Shown: positions 24,561 through 36,988 of the stretch, piece after piece
Layout of the letters: the number at the start of each line of letters is the position of its first letter
Numbering within the stretch: position 1 is the first letter of the stretch
Assembly (NCBI GenBank): GCA_963514005.1
Contig: OY740797.1
Span: 22,196,001-22,260,000 of the forward strand
Direction of reading: 5' to 3'
DNA from: Raja brachyura
Taxonomy: Eukaryota
DNA length: 64,000 nucleotides
Program-made: the position numbers and the translations under genes
The notes under the pieces: generated by a model
What the model was told of the DNA's origin: nothing
Seen by the model: only the letters and a program-made list of their open reading frames with translations
Databases searched by the model: none

Positions 24561-27129
24561 AAAAGCATTCTACACTCCTCTCCGTGCAAAAATAAAAGTC
24601 TCTGTATCTCTGTAAGGAGCCAGTTTGGATCCTAGCTGCTGCAGATCCATTTATTCCATGGGATTTAATCTTGATGACAAGCCTATTATGATTGCCTTAT
24701 CAAATGTGATTTGTAAAAACATATGTACAACTTCCACCACAAGTCCTTCAGCGGTCCTCTCTGTCATTTCATCGAAAGACTTTCTCAAGTTAGAAGCAAT
24801 CCAGTGAGTTGAGCACGTTGACAGTGAGATGCAAATATCCCAAAGAATCAACAGAACCATTCCTAGCCACCTTATCACTACCGCCTGAAGATAGTAATAA
24901 ATCCACAGGGAGATTTATTGACACCTTAGATTTAGTTTCTTCTTTAAATTCACTTACTATTTCTTTGCCTTCAGCACTGTAGCCGTTTGGCCAATATGAA
25001 ACTTTTAGTTTTATTAGTTATGTTAGTTTTATTCACTCCTGAAAGACATTTTCAAAATGACGCTCTCCACCCCTCTCCAACACACATACTTCACTTATAT
25101 ATTAAAAAACATTCACATATAATAAAAGTGCCATGAAAACATTCTTCTCCGTTGCCCTCTGTCCCATCTACGATCTTACACTGATTGCAGGCAAGTGAGG
25201 GAAAACATGTAACGTTTTAGGCTTCTACTTCTTCAATGTAGATGGAAAATGGACCAACTCTGGCAGCATCTCATCATTTCTTGTGCTCTTGAAGGTGGCT
25301 ATTCGGCCCATTTGACCTATGTCTGCTCTCAAGCGTGTTCCATCAATCCCATTCCCGCACGTACTTCCCGTAACCTATTCTCTCCCATCTACATCAACAA
25401 CCTGATTCCTCTGCCACTCATCTGCACGAGGAACCATTTACAGCAGCCAACTGCATGCATTCAGGATGTGGGGGGAAACTAGAGCACCAGGAGAAAATCC
25501 CCAAGGCCACAAGGGGTAGGGGCTGGTGGGGGTGAGAATCATGCAAACTCCAAATCGGCAGCACCATCGCTCAGGATTGAATCTAGGAGGCAGCGGCACT
25601 CCCTGCTGCACCCACACTCTGCCCAACACTTGCTTTTTTTAAATCAGAAGTGGACCATGTTAGAGAAGTAACAGGTTTTAAACCAAACAGATTTTAATTG
25701 AAAATTTCAAGTGAACCTCTACTTCAAGCTGTTTTCTCATTTCCCTGAAAAGTGGAATACAATTTATTTTAAGGGCCATTAATTTTATCACCTGGGTTGT
25801 GGCCCATTGAAAGCAAGGGAGGAAACAAACCCATCTGTTTAGCTTTAACCCGAGATCTCAGAGTTGCAACAATTAAGTTGGACACCCAGTATCCTGCCAA
25901 CATGAATTAAATCACTCTAGTGCATCATTAATTGGAGTTGAAGGGAAGCTCCAGGCAACAGAAAATAGCCGACCATTGTGAAGTACTGAACCGCATGCTC
26001 CTTTGAAAAATTATTGAGCTGTCAGTTGTTTTGTTGTCCATGAAACTGTGCCAATAGCTTCATTTTGACGAGGGAAATGCGAGAGATATATAACACATGT
26101 AATCCAACTCATGGTTGCTAATAAAGAGTATACCATTTAACCAAGAAAGTTGGAGGTTTGAATTGCGTTCAGTCAATTTTAGGCCATCACCCTGTTCTCT
26201 CCGGTTAGCTAAAGCATCCATGATCAGAGAAGGAAAATTCCCCAATGGGACTCCATTCAGTGTCCTTTCTGGGGGTAGTGAGTGGGGATGGTATTAAGTA
26301 GAGTGTGCATGATGCCACACATTATTAGAAAGGTTGGAAACACACCTTCTCCAAACTGACATACAAAGACTAGTCACTCTTTGAAAGTGAGCCAACAATT
26401 TTTTTTCCTTTTAAAGAGGTCCATTTCTAGGTCACAGGCCTACCCCACTAAATCTCACAACCTTGAGAAGAAGGGTTGACAGATTGTATCCCTGCAGGTT
26501 TCAATGCTTTTGAGTTGAGAAGTTCACAGACACTGAATTTTTGGTGTAATTTGTCGAAGGATTCACTGACTCTGTATCAAATTTATATGTCGGGGCCTTT
26601 CAGGAAAAGGTAACTTCCTGAAAAAAGCCCATCCCTTTCCATGTGAACATAACATGTTGCTTAACTAGGAGTGGTTCAGTGCTTAGACTAATAAAGGCAT
26701 GCTCTTCCTTCAGATCAATCCTCAATTTGCAATGTTACATCTTTTTGTTTTTAAGACCTGTGTCGAATTCCCTTTATCGGCATGATTATTATTCAGATGT
26801 TAATATATAATGTTACCTTATAATGGTGTTTGCTGTATAGTTGTGGAAAACATTGTGGGGGGTCTACAAACTGAATTGAGAATCCACAAGAAGAATTGAA
26901 TGAAGATTAGTTTTTCTCCGCGTTGGTAGTTACATGCAAGCGGTGGCAACATGATTCATCCCCACACTCTGACACCTTGTAAAATAAATCAAATGTTTAT
27001 TCTTAACCCTCTCCATCCATGCCATATAGTCAATAGTCATTTCAGCATTACTGTTGTAAGGTGAGCCCTGCGGGCAAGTACTTGCTCTTATGTGCATGTA
27101 ACTGCGCTGCTGGAGATGTTTTGGCCCAG

Positions 27130-27415
27130 TGGAGATGGTCCTTGGTTTGGGTGGGAAGGGACGAGTTGACCAGGGAGTTACAACAGAGGGAACGGTCTCT
27201 GCGGAATGCAGAAAGGGGAGGAGATTGGAAGATGTGGCCAGTAGTGGGATCCCATGGGAGGTGGCGAAAATGTTGGAGGATTGTATGTTGTATACGACGG
27301 CTGAAGGGGTGGAAGGTGAGGACAAGGGGGACTCTGTCCTTGTTACGAGAGGTGGGAGGGGGGAGTGAGAGCAGAGCTGCGGGATATCGAGGAGACCCAA
27401 GTGAGAGCCTCACTA
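27130..27415 (-). mobile_element. Penelope-like ORF fragment
   Basis: RNKDRVPLVLTFHPFSRRIQHTILQHFRHL.WDPTTGHIF; close match to 4322-4470. Confidence 0.85.
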
Positions 27416-27468
27416 TAGATTCTCTCCATAGATCCTGTCTGTAGGTGTTGCACTTTGCAATAAAATGA

Positions 27469-27699
<231 letters not shown>

Positions 27700-29814
27700 T
27701 GAAGGTTTGTTGCGAACACTCTGGTGGCAAAGTTGAGACAGAGGGGAGAAAAGGAGCATTTAAATCCGGAGCCTGCTAACATTATTTGGTTATCCAAACT
27801 CAGTTGCACAAGAGTGGCGAAGGTTGCTCCACTCCTATCACCTGCCTCTGCCCCAACAGTAACTGATGAATCTGACTGAAGAATTCATTTCATGGTTGCA
27901 ATGCATTTAATTTCAATCCAACTCACCTCTTCTTTGATAACATTTTTCCTATCGATTTATTTGTGTTCCTTGGTGCTCCTCATTTCTGAATACATTCTTT
28001 CTTTTGTTTTCCCGTGCAACCTGGTGGAGATAGACCGGTCTTTGGCCGGGTGTTTCAGAATATGGAGCTATCGTCTCAGTGCTGCCCTTGCTCAAACTGC
28101 TTGCATTATTGTTCTTGGCCTTACCTTTGACATCAATAACGATACCAACTGTGTATTAGTCACATGATCTCAGATGCTCAGCACAAAATTACAATCGCTG
28201 TGGATTGTTAAACGCCGTGTCCAACACATCTTCCTCTCTCACCCTGTATCTCTAAACTGAACTAAGGCAGACAAAAATGCTGGAGAAATTCAGCGAGTGA
28301 GGCACCCGTAGTCGGGATTGAACCTGGGTCTCTGGCGCTCTAAACGCTGCAAGGGAGCAACTCTACCACTGCACTACCGTGCTTGTTCCTCTTACCCACA
28401 GCAGAGTCCAACTGTGATTTAGCCATTCACCATGAGACCCCTGATCTATGGAGAGAAGGAAATAGGCAACGTTTTCAGGCCAAAACCTTTCTTCAGACTG
28501 ATGACTAAAACTAAAACAGCTCGGATGACCTTGTCCCATTTGCCTGCATTACACACTTCCTAGGGTTGAACTGGCCCCTCAAACTGTGAGATTGAGGCCC
28601 CTATCCTTCTTTCCATTTCCATTGCCTTTTTTTGGCACTGGAAATGGAAATGGAAAACCTGAGGACCTTTTTGCTGATTTGAGCAATAGATTGAAACTGG
28701 CATGCTCATTTCACTTTGCACCCTTCAAACAAAGAAAGTAAATTCTCAATCTGTTGGACTGTGGTTTAACCCAGTTCCCGCTTCAACTGTAATTGACATA
28801 AACTCAAAGAAAGGCACAGCTAATGCAAGAAACAACTTCAGTGTCATCATTTACCTTAAGCCCCATTATGTGCACATACATTGCACGCTTAATTCTATTC
28901 CACAGCACCAAGTACATATGTATTGTCTATTCCACTTGGAATTTCCACTGGTCAGCAAGCTGTTTCATTTGTATCAGTTCCAATGTGTTATCGGAAAAAG
29001 CAACTTGAGGTTTGATATCGTGCCATTGCACAACATACATGACGATATTCATTCATCCCTCCCATTTGCTTCCGGAAAATATGATCCCGGTATCTTTTCC
29101 ATCCAAATTTCCCTTGCTTTAGCAGGACATACAGGATTTGCAATGCTGTTGATGGATGTTTGCAGAGTTTAAGAGGACATGGTGTGGTAGTTTCACACAC
29201 CCTGCGTGAAGATTCACTGGAGAGGCACTGGAATGAAAGCTGTTGTATTAAATACGTGCTGGTAAATGCTGACAGCAAATCCTACATTATAACTCCGGCT
29301 GTTGGGATTCCTGAAAATCTGCTGCAATATCTCCTTGACCTTGAGTTTATCTCCATCAATGATCAAATTGTTAATCTTGCACTGGGATCAATAAGGGGCA
29401 GGAATGGCACTTGTCAACAACACAAGGCACTTCATTCTTCCCTGTTAGAAATAATTTGCTTGCTTTGGGTTCTTTTGCTTGGGTAGTACTAGCCTTTTGT
29501 GACCTTATGTGTCTCAAACCTCTGCCGCAAGGGAATCCAGGTGCCATCATCTCTTGACTCAGGGGCAGGGAATGTTGACGAGGAGGATCAAAATCCCATT
29601 CCAGTTTTGCGAGCAAAAAGGCACAAAGGTGTATACAGTTGTGTGATATTGACGTGATACGGGCCATCTCACTCTCATAATGCCAAATGGGCACACGTTT
29701 GAAACATCAGAGCTCACACAGAAATGCCTGAGTACTCCTGCCTGATGAAGTTGAGCAAAGAGAACTTACTGTTTTGCCGAAGGCCTTTGCTCCTGAAAAA
29801 CTCTGGAATCCTTA

Positions 29815-30360
29815 AGTTATGCTGCAGCTGTATAAAACTTTACTTCAACTGCATTTGGAGTATAGTGTGCAGTTCAGGTTGCCCCATTTTGGGAAGCATG
29901 TAGAGGCTTTGGAGATGGTGCTGAAGAGGTTTATCAGAATGCTGCCTGGATTGGAGGGTATTGGTTATCAGAAAAGGTGGGATAAACTTGGGAAGTTTTC
30001 TCAGGAGCTTCAGAGCCTGAGGAGCAACCTGATAGCAGTTTACAGAATCATAATAGGCATAGATAGGTAGAGTCTTTTTCACAGGAAGAAAATGTCTAAT
30101 GCTAGAGGGCATAGCTTTAAGGTGAAATTATGAAAGTTTAAAGAAGATTTCCGCGGCAAGTGTTTTCACAGAGTGGTCGATGCCTGGAATATGCTGCCAG
30201 GAAAAGTGAAAGGAGATATAGCATTTAAGAGTAATTTAGACAACACCTGAAAAGTAAGGGCTACATACCATACACACAGGATGGGATTGGTTTGATTTGC
30301 ATGATCAGCATAGACAAGGCGGGCCGAAGGGTTTCTGTGCTCACCATTCAATGTTTCTGT
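29815..30360 (+). mobile_element. CR1-clade LINE 3' fragment (older)
   Basis: MLQLYKTLLQLHLEYSVQF..KRFIRMLPGLEG. Confidence 0.8.
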
Positions 30361-30361
30361 G

Positions 30362-30690
30362 TTTGGTTTAGTCTACTTTTGAGATACAGTGCGGAATCAG
30401 GCCCTTCGGCCCACTGAGTCCGTACCGACCAGCGATCCCCGCACATTAACATAAACCTACACACACCAGAGACAATTTTTACTTTTATACCAAGCCAATT
30501 GACCTACAAACCTGTACATCTTTGGAGTGTGCAAGGAAACCGAAGATCTCTGAGAAATTCCACGGGGTCACGGGGAGAACGTACAAACTCTGTGCTGACA
30601 GCACCCGTAGTCGTATACTCAGGATTGAACCTGGGTCTCTGGCGCTCTAAACGCTGCAAGGGAGCAACTCTACCGCTGCACTACCGTGCT
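30362..30690 (-). mobile_element. tRNA-derived HE1/V-SINE-type SINE
   Basis: On the minus strand: A-box-like GGTAGTGCAGCGGTAG, B-box GGTTCAATCC, V-domain-like GAGTTTGTACGTTCTCCCCGTGACC, and CR1-like tail GGGCCGAAGGGCCTG..CTGTATCTC. Confidence 0.85.
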
Positions 30691-30854
30691 TGTCCCTCTT
30701 ACCCACAGCCAGAGTCCAATTGTGATTTAGCCATTCACCATGAGACCCTTGATCCAGAGCGATTGGTTCCCCTGATCCAGAGCACCACAACCCTAAGCAA
30801 GAACTAAAAGGTCCCATTCCTGATGTGCAAGAACCTTATTCTAGACCCCCTAAG

Positions 30855-30920
30855 CCCTCATCCAGAACATTGACTTGTATTCTTAATCCCTCATCCAGAA
30901 CATTGACTTGTATTCTTAAT
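30855..30920. repeat. Perfect 33-bp tandem duplication
   Basis: ccctcatccagaacattgacttgtattcttaat occurs twice in tandem. Confidence 0.95.
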
Positions 30921-32714
30921 AGAGGCCCCAATTTCATGCAACTCATTCATCGGGGTCTCACTAACACTTTTTCTCCGTTTCTTTTATCTGGCAGTGTCTA
31001 GCTCAGTGGCAGCACCTTGACATCCTTTGCCAGCCAAGTCCGCCAGTCCCTCCCAGTGCCAAATCCTGCGCCGTGGTTTCACTGAAAACTCCGCTATTAA
31101 AGATGCACCCCCAAAAACTACTCTTGCAACATAACAGGCAATCTGAATTCTCTTTGTTATTTAGGAACATGGGAATAAAAATATCCCAAATTTAAACAAA
31201 GCCGGGGTTTCACTGTTTGATTGGGGTCTTGGAAACTGAACCACATAAGTTAATTTGTAAATTTGGTTCAGGAATTCAAATGTAGTCCAATTTTTGAAAG
31301 CTCCTTCAGAATATTGCCAAATTCCAGGAACTACTTATTCGCAATCTGTGTAGGGTATTGCTGCAGCTTGGTAATTTAGTAGTTTGGCCAACAACCCAGG
31401 AATAATCATAGTATACATAAGCACATTCATAAGCTTGGAGCCCAATGATCTGGTGAGCCCAGTCTGTAACTCCCACCCCTCTGCAGTCCACTCAACGTTC
31501 CTCTCGCCACTACTCCAGGGTAGGTTCAACATTCCTTCCCCCCTGTAAAATTGTCAGATAATGCTCAGATGGTATAGAAAGTATGCAACAGATTCCAACC
31601 CACCTGCAATTATCAGAATCACCTAATCCATGTTTCTCTTTGAATAAAGGGGCAGAAATTTGGGTAAACCTCATTGACACAAGGTTCACGCCGGTTCTGA
31701 TTTCCCTCTGTGCCCTGCTTCCCTTCCGAGATACGGTCTCTCCCAAAATAAACCTCTGTCATCAGCTGTGGCCTCTCAAAGAGCTTCCTGATGAGTGACT
31801 TGGAATATTTCCAGCACTCCACGCTGAACAGTTGTACCAGAGCTCCTGTCTCAGCGTAGCAACGCGTGCACCTGTGTCCGCTCTCCTCACACTACCGCTT
31901 CAGTTTGCATGCCTTCTGTTGATTTTTTGGTCCAGTAATCATTGTTCCAGAGGTGTAGAGGAAGATAGATCATATTCTAATTTGGTGGGGAAGCGATCAT
32001 TGTCATACTTACCATTTGGCCATTAGATTCTATGTCCCATAAGACTGTGAGTTCCATAGACACATCTCAAGATCTTCCTGCTTCCAGCAGCCCCCTGCAT
32101 GCACCTCCACATGCAGAGAGAGGTTGGTCAGTGAGGCGCAACTCTTGTCCACACTGCAACAGTCAGTGGCAACCTCCGCTGCACCTGCCTCTTTGCAAGC
32201 TGCGGGAAAGGGCAGTGTGTAGAAGGAGCTGACGCTGCACTAGGGGTCATTCATGGTGCCCAATTGACCAACCAACTTGCACGTCTTTGTGATGCGTGGG
32301 TAAACTGGAGTTCCTTGCGGAAAGTTATACTGGAGAGGGGAGAACGTGCAAACTCCACACAGACAGCACTGAAGATCAGGATCAAACACGGGTCTCTGGA
32401 GGTGTTTGGTAGATGTGCCACAGTGCCTCCTGTAATTTGCAAAAGCCCTACATCCCATCCCAACCCAGACTGTGGCGGAGTCTCTGCTCCCTGCCTGCCT
32501 GACTCACTCCGCCAGAGGTCGTGGCTACTCAGCTGGTCAGTGACACTGAAAGGTTTCTGGTCAGAAAGCAAAGTGGGTGGGAGATTCCAACCCATTCCCC
32601 ATGGAACTTGCAGTATGGGACTGACCCACTGTATTTCCCAGGTCAGATCTGTGACTCCACATCAGAAACATTGTGAGTTGTGAAGTGTGCAATAAAATTC
32701 CCCGGGGCAAACAG

Positions 32715-33190
32715 CACTCTTACCTCAAACACCAAACCATCGGCAACCATCTTCCCTCCCAACACCGCGCTATCCCCAAACACCACACCGCCCGCAAATA
32801 TCACAATCGCCAAACACCGCACCCAAATACTAATCCATCCCCACCCCGAACACCACATTAACCCCTAAACACCGCTCGTCCCCCACACACCACACTGCCC
32901 CTCAAACACTAGACCTCCCTCACATATCTGAACCCCTCCCAAACGCTGCAGCTCCCACACATCACAACCCCCACCCAAGCACCACACCTCCACCATATAC
33001 CACACATACCACAACCCCCACCCAAACACCGCACTGTCCCCCCAAACATTACACCACCCACATATCTGAACCCCCCCCCCAAACACCACACCTCCCCCAC
33101 ACATACCACAACCCCCAAAAACCACACTGCCCCATAATAAACACTGCACTGCCTCTGAACACCACACTAGCCCTGAATAGCACACAGCTC
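32715..33190. repeat. C/A-rich degenerate tandem low-complexity tract
   Basis: Repeated ccccaaacaccacac and cacatatctgaaccc units. Confidence 0.8.
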
Positions 33191-33679
33191 CTGATCACCA
33201 CAGTGTGCCTTATATTTTGATCCTCAAACACTGCTGCTAAAAACAATTTGAATGTGAAGGACATGCTGGCATTTGCTGCAGGCGGGTTCTTTTTCATTTA
33301 CATCGCAAATAGCTCTCAAATAGCACTCAATTTCCAATCTGTTGTGTCTAATGTGTCAATTACTTATAACACAGAATCTAATGAGGTAAAATGTTTCCTC
33401 CAGGTTTTCTCCACTTTCTCTGCTCCTTTGCTTCTCATTGTGCAGTTCCAACACAAGCTGTGAGCCGCTCCTGCCTGCCCTTTCACCAAGACCACCCCTC
33501 AGCCTCTGCTAGTTGAGTGGGGTATGAACGACCCTGAGCTTCAAGCCAAGCCCTGAACCCATGCAATCGGCAACCTGCAATGATTGCTGCCCGTATCTTC
33601 CCATGCACCTGCCAGGGGTCTGAGCAGATAGAAAATGGATGCCGGGTTAAAGCAGGATGGGTTTGAGCTGGGTCGAAGA

Positions 33680-34155
33680 GATGGATTGTAAGAATAGGGT
33701 GGAGAAGCTGGAAAGGCTGCAGAAGAGATTCACCAGGATGTTACTGGGACTTGTAGACTTGGGTTTTATAGGGAGCGGTTGGATGTACTGGTACTTTTCG
33801 GAGTTTAGGAAACTGAGATTGATTGAATATACCTCATCAAGTGAACACCCGCTGCCCATTTCCCAGGGCAGAGGATTCTAAAGTTAGAAGGCATTGGCTT
33901 AAGGTAAAAGGGAAGAGATTTAAGAGTGGCCTGAGGAGCAACGTTTTCACGCGGAGGGTAGTCCGTATCTGGAATGAGCTGCCATAGGAAACTATAGAAG
34001 TGGATTCAATTATGACTTTTGGACAGATATGTGGATAGGATTGGTGTAGAGGGATATGTTCCAAATGCAAGAAAATGAGGCTAGCCCAGAAAACCAACAT
34101 TACTTTTGAATAGTATGGACAAGGTGGGCTGCAGGTCATGACTCAATGACTTTAT
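33680..34155 (+). mobile_element. CR1-clade LINE 3' fragment (old)
   Basis: VEKLERLQKRFTRMLLGL.. plus tail. Confidence 0.7.
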
Positions 34156-34699
34156 GAAAGTTTAGAAAGGGTTAGGTGATACACTTCAGAGACCATGGGG
34201 AACAACAGTTAAGATAGACACAAAAAAGCTGGAGTAACTCAGCGGGACAGGCAGCATCTCTGGATAGAAGGAATAGTACTCCCAGCAATACATAAACCAA
34301 AAGTTGAGCTTGCATTTTGATGTGACTTTCGTGGCGTCAGGGGATTTGAAGAACTTCTCGCAGAACTTTGCAGAACTTCTCGCCCGTGTTCAGCTTTCCT
34401 AAAGAAAGTTGATTAGCAGCCCACTCACTCGCAGCAAGATGCTGTGGACATGGGAATGCTGTTGGCTGAACAATGAAAACTGGCCAGATGGCACAGCTCT
34501 CCTTTGAAGTGCAGTCAGGGTCTTGTTTATGTTTGCTTTGTTGCACTACAATCAGTGGACTGCTTGTTACCAAAGATAGAGACAAAATGCTGGAGTAACT
34601 CAGCGGGACAGGCAGCATCTCTGGAGAGAAGGAATGGGTGACATTTAGTGTCGAGACCCTTCTTCAGACTGACGTTAGTGGGGAGGGAGAAAGATAGAT

Positions 34700-34834
34700 C
34701 TTCTTGCGTATGGCGTGCACAGCCTAAAGTTGTAGGACAACTTGTTCTATTTGATCTTATTTGATTGTGCACGCTGGGTTGATTTCATTCGTCGAAACAG
34801 GGCGGACCCCGTGAAGGTTTCAATCTTCCACCCC
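34700..34834 (-). mobile_element. 135-bp short non-autonomous retroposon headed by an HDV-like ribozyme, with an AAGAAG tail
   Basis: Interrupts a Penelope 3' region. Flanked by the 8-bp direct repeat AGATAGAT (34692-34699 and 34835-34842). The minus strand starts GGGGTGG and ends GCAAGAAG. Confidence 0.8.
34781..34834 (-). ncRNA. Minimal HDV-like (CPEB3-type) self-cleaving ribozyme fold
   Basis: Minus strand parses as P1 GGGGUGG / J1-2 AA / P2 GAUUGAA / P3 ACC / L3 UUCACGG / P3' GGU / P1' CCGCCCU / G / U-UUCG-A / C-GAA / P2' UGAAAUC. P1 has 7 pairs including a G1-U wobble, P3 is 3/3 and P2 is 5/7. Catalytic-position C at 34791. Confidence 0.75.
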
Positions 34835-35113
34835 AGATAGATAGATAACGACGCGTAAAGGTATGAAAACAGGGCAAAAGGGAATGGAGATCAAGGAAAA
34901 TGTAGAATAGTTCATTGTTAGCTGGGAGAAGCTAACAACAAAGCTAACAGAGTTAATGCAGTCGGAGACAGTATGACGGGTCGGAGAACTGGGAAGGGGG
35001 AGGGATGGAGAGGGAGGGTAAGCTAGGGTTACTTGAAGTTAGAGAAGTCACTGTTCATACCGCTGGGGTGTAAGCTGCCCAAGAGAAAGATGAGGTGCTG
35101 TTCCTCCAATTAG

Positions 35114-35225
35114 CTAGTCGTGGGTACTCGTGGCATCAAGTAGGTCGGGGCGTTTTTCTAGCATGATGAAAAATGTCCACGAGTAAAAAAGGTCGTGAAT
35201 TAGGTTGTGAAAGTGGGACAGGCCC
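35114..35225. mobile_element. Right-end fragment of the CCTGTCCCACT-TIR MITE family
   Basis: Ends AAGTGGGACAGGCCC; shares aaaaatgtccacg.gtaaaaaa with 13608-13631. Confidence 0.7.
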
Positions 35226-36988
35226 TTTGCTCTAAGCAAAATACTCTGTGCATCTACTCTATCTATTCCCCTCATTATCTCATACACCTCTATAAATCAT
35301 CCATCATCCTCCTGCATTCCAAGAATGAAGTCCTTGCGACCAAAACTGACCACAATACTCCAAATGTGGCCTCACCAACATCTTGTACAATTGTAACATA
35401 ACGTCCCAACCTCTATACTTAATACCCTGACTGATGAAGGCCGATGTGTCGAAAGCCTTCTACCTCCCTTTCTACCTGTGACACATTTTCAAGGAACTAG
35501 TACCTGCACTCCCAGATCCCCCGGCTCCACAACACTCCCCAGCACCCTACCATTCACTGTGAAGGTTATTGGGACAAATGACTCGGAGAGCCAGGGACTG
35601 GCGTTCAATACTAACCTCAGAGGCTGCCCTATAACATATGTGTTTCCCATGGATCCTCCTGTATGCCAAACACATATGGATTGGGACATTAATTGGCCAC
35701 TGTATGTAGTTGAGTGGAAGAATGTGGAGAAAATAGAATAGTAAGTGGAATGATGGTAGAATTAGTGTAAAATGTGTGGTCGATGGTCAGTGTGGACACA
35801 ATCAGCTGAAGGGCTCGTTTTCATCCCTTGTCACTCCATGATGCTCTCACTCGATATTCCTCATTTTCATTCATTGTATGTTCCTACTTCTATAAATGTT
35901 TTACATGGTTTTCACATTTGGAGGTGAATTTCTCCACAACAGACCAACAGGAAGAATCAAACAGGTTTCAGGTTGGTGACCAGAGAAATGATTATCTCAG
36001 GGTCCCTAAGAAAAGGCAGATTTTTGTGGGGGAGATGTAGAGAGGATGCTCCATGAATGAAATAGCCCTATTTAAGAGTACAGGTGAAATAGCAGAACAA
36101 TGAGAACGAGCTTCTTGTAATGGTACGGGGATGATGAGGTTGTGTGGTTGCCATTATGGGGAGAATGGATAAGTACATACAGGTGAAAGCAGGTGGGGTT
36201 CGATAGAAGTGGAAGGAAGTTGGTGCATTAATGTTAAGTGAATTATCATTTTCTGTCCCTGGGTGACAGAGTGATGTCGATCCGCTGCTTCATAGTGCCA
36301 GGGTGCTGTCTATATGGAGTTTGCATGTTCTCCGTGTGTCAGCGTGGTTTCCTCCAAGTGCTTCACAGAGACGTGTGGGCTAACGGTTTATTTGGCCGCT
36401 GTAAGTTGGTCTTGGTGTGTAAGTGAGTGGTGGAAACTGAGGGAGTTGATGGGAATGTGAAGATAGCAAAATGAGATGAATGCAGGATTAGTGTAATGTT
36501 AGGCCATAGGTCCTGTTGCTCTGCTGTATCTCTCTAGGACTCAATGGTTCCTTGGTCCTTCCCTGTAAGGACTGGATGGTGGGGACTGCCTCACGTGAAT
36601 CTTCTACAGCTGGACAAAGTTCAAACCTCCTATCTGTCCAAATGTCTTTTAAAGATCCTAATTGTGTCCACTACTATAACGTAATCTGGCCGCTCATTTC
36701 AGATACGGACTATCCTCTGAGCAAAAGTATATATCCATCTCACCTTAAGCCTATGTACTCTACTGTTTGGATCCTCTACTTTGGGAAAACATTGAGTGTT
36801 CAACTTCTCCATGACCCTCTTATGAAGGGAAAGCTGCAGTCATGTCTGCCTCATACCAGCATAGCTGGAGGTTTGAGAATGGAGTCATGGTGTGGTGTTG
36901 ACATTCACCTCAGACTCACCGACGGGCTGTGGGCTTTTCTCAGTCGACCAGGGACTGGAAATAAACTGTAATGCCCGTCATTTTGCAG

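Larger units (their letters stand above)
34573..35112 (-). mobile_element. Penelope 3' end (endonuclease C-terminus, UTR, terminal repeat) hosting the ribozyme retroposon
   Basis: Minus strand LEEQHLIFLLGSLHPSGMNSDFSNFK*, UTR, and a mutated hammerhead at 34640-34667. Confidence 0.85.

Noticed and set aside
28702-29486. 156-aa and 108-aa ORFs
   Set aside because: No recognisable domain or splice-consistent structure; probably the antisense of a decayed LINE.
32865-33297. Gly/Val/Cys-rich ORFs resembling keratin-associated proteins
   Set aside because: Translation artefact of a C/A low-complexity tract.
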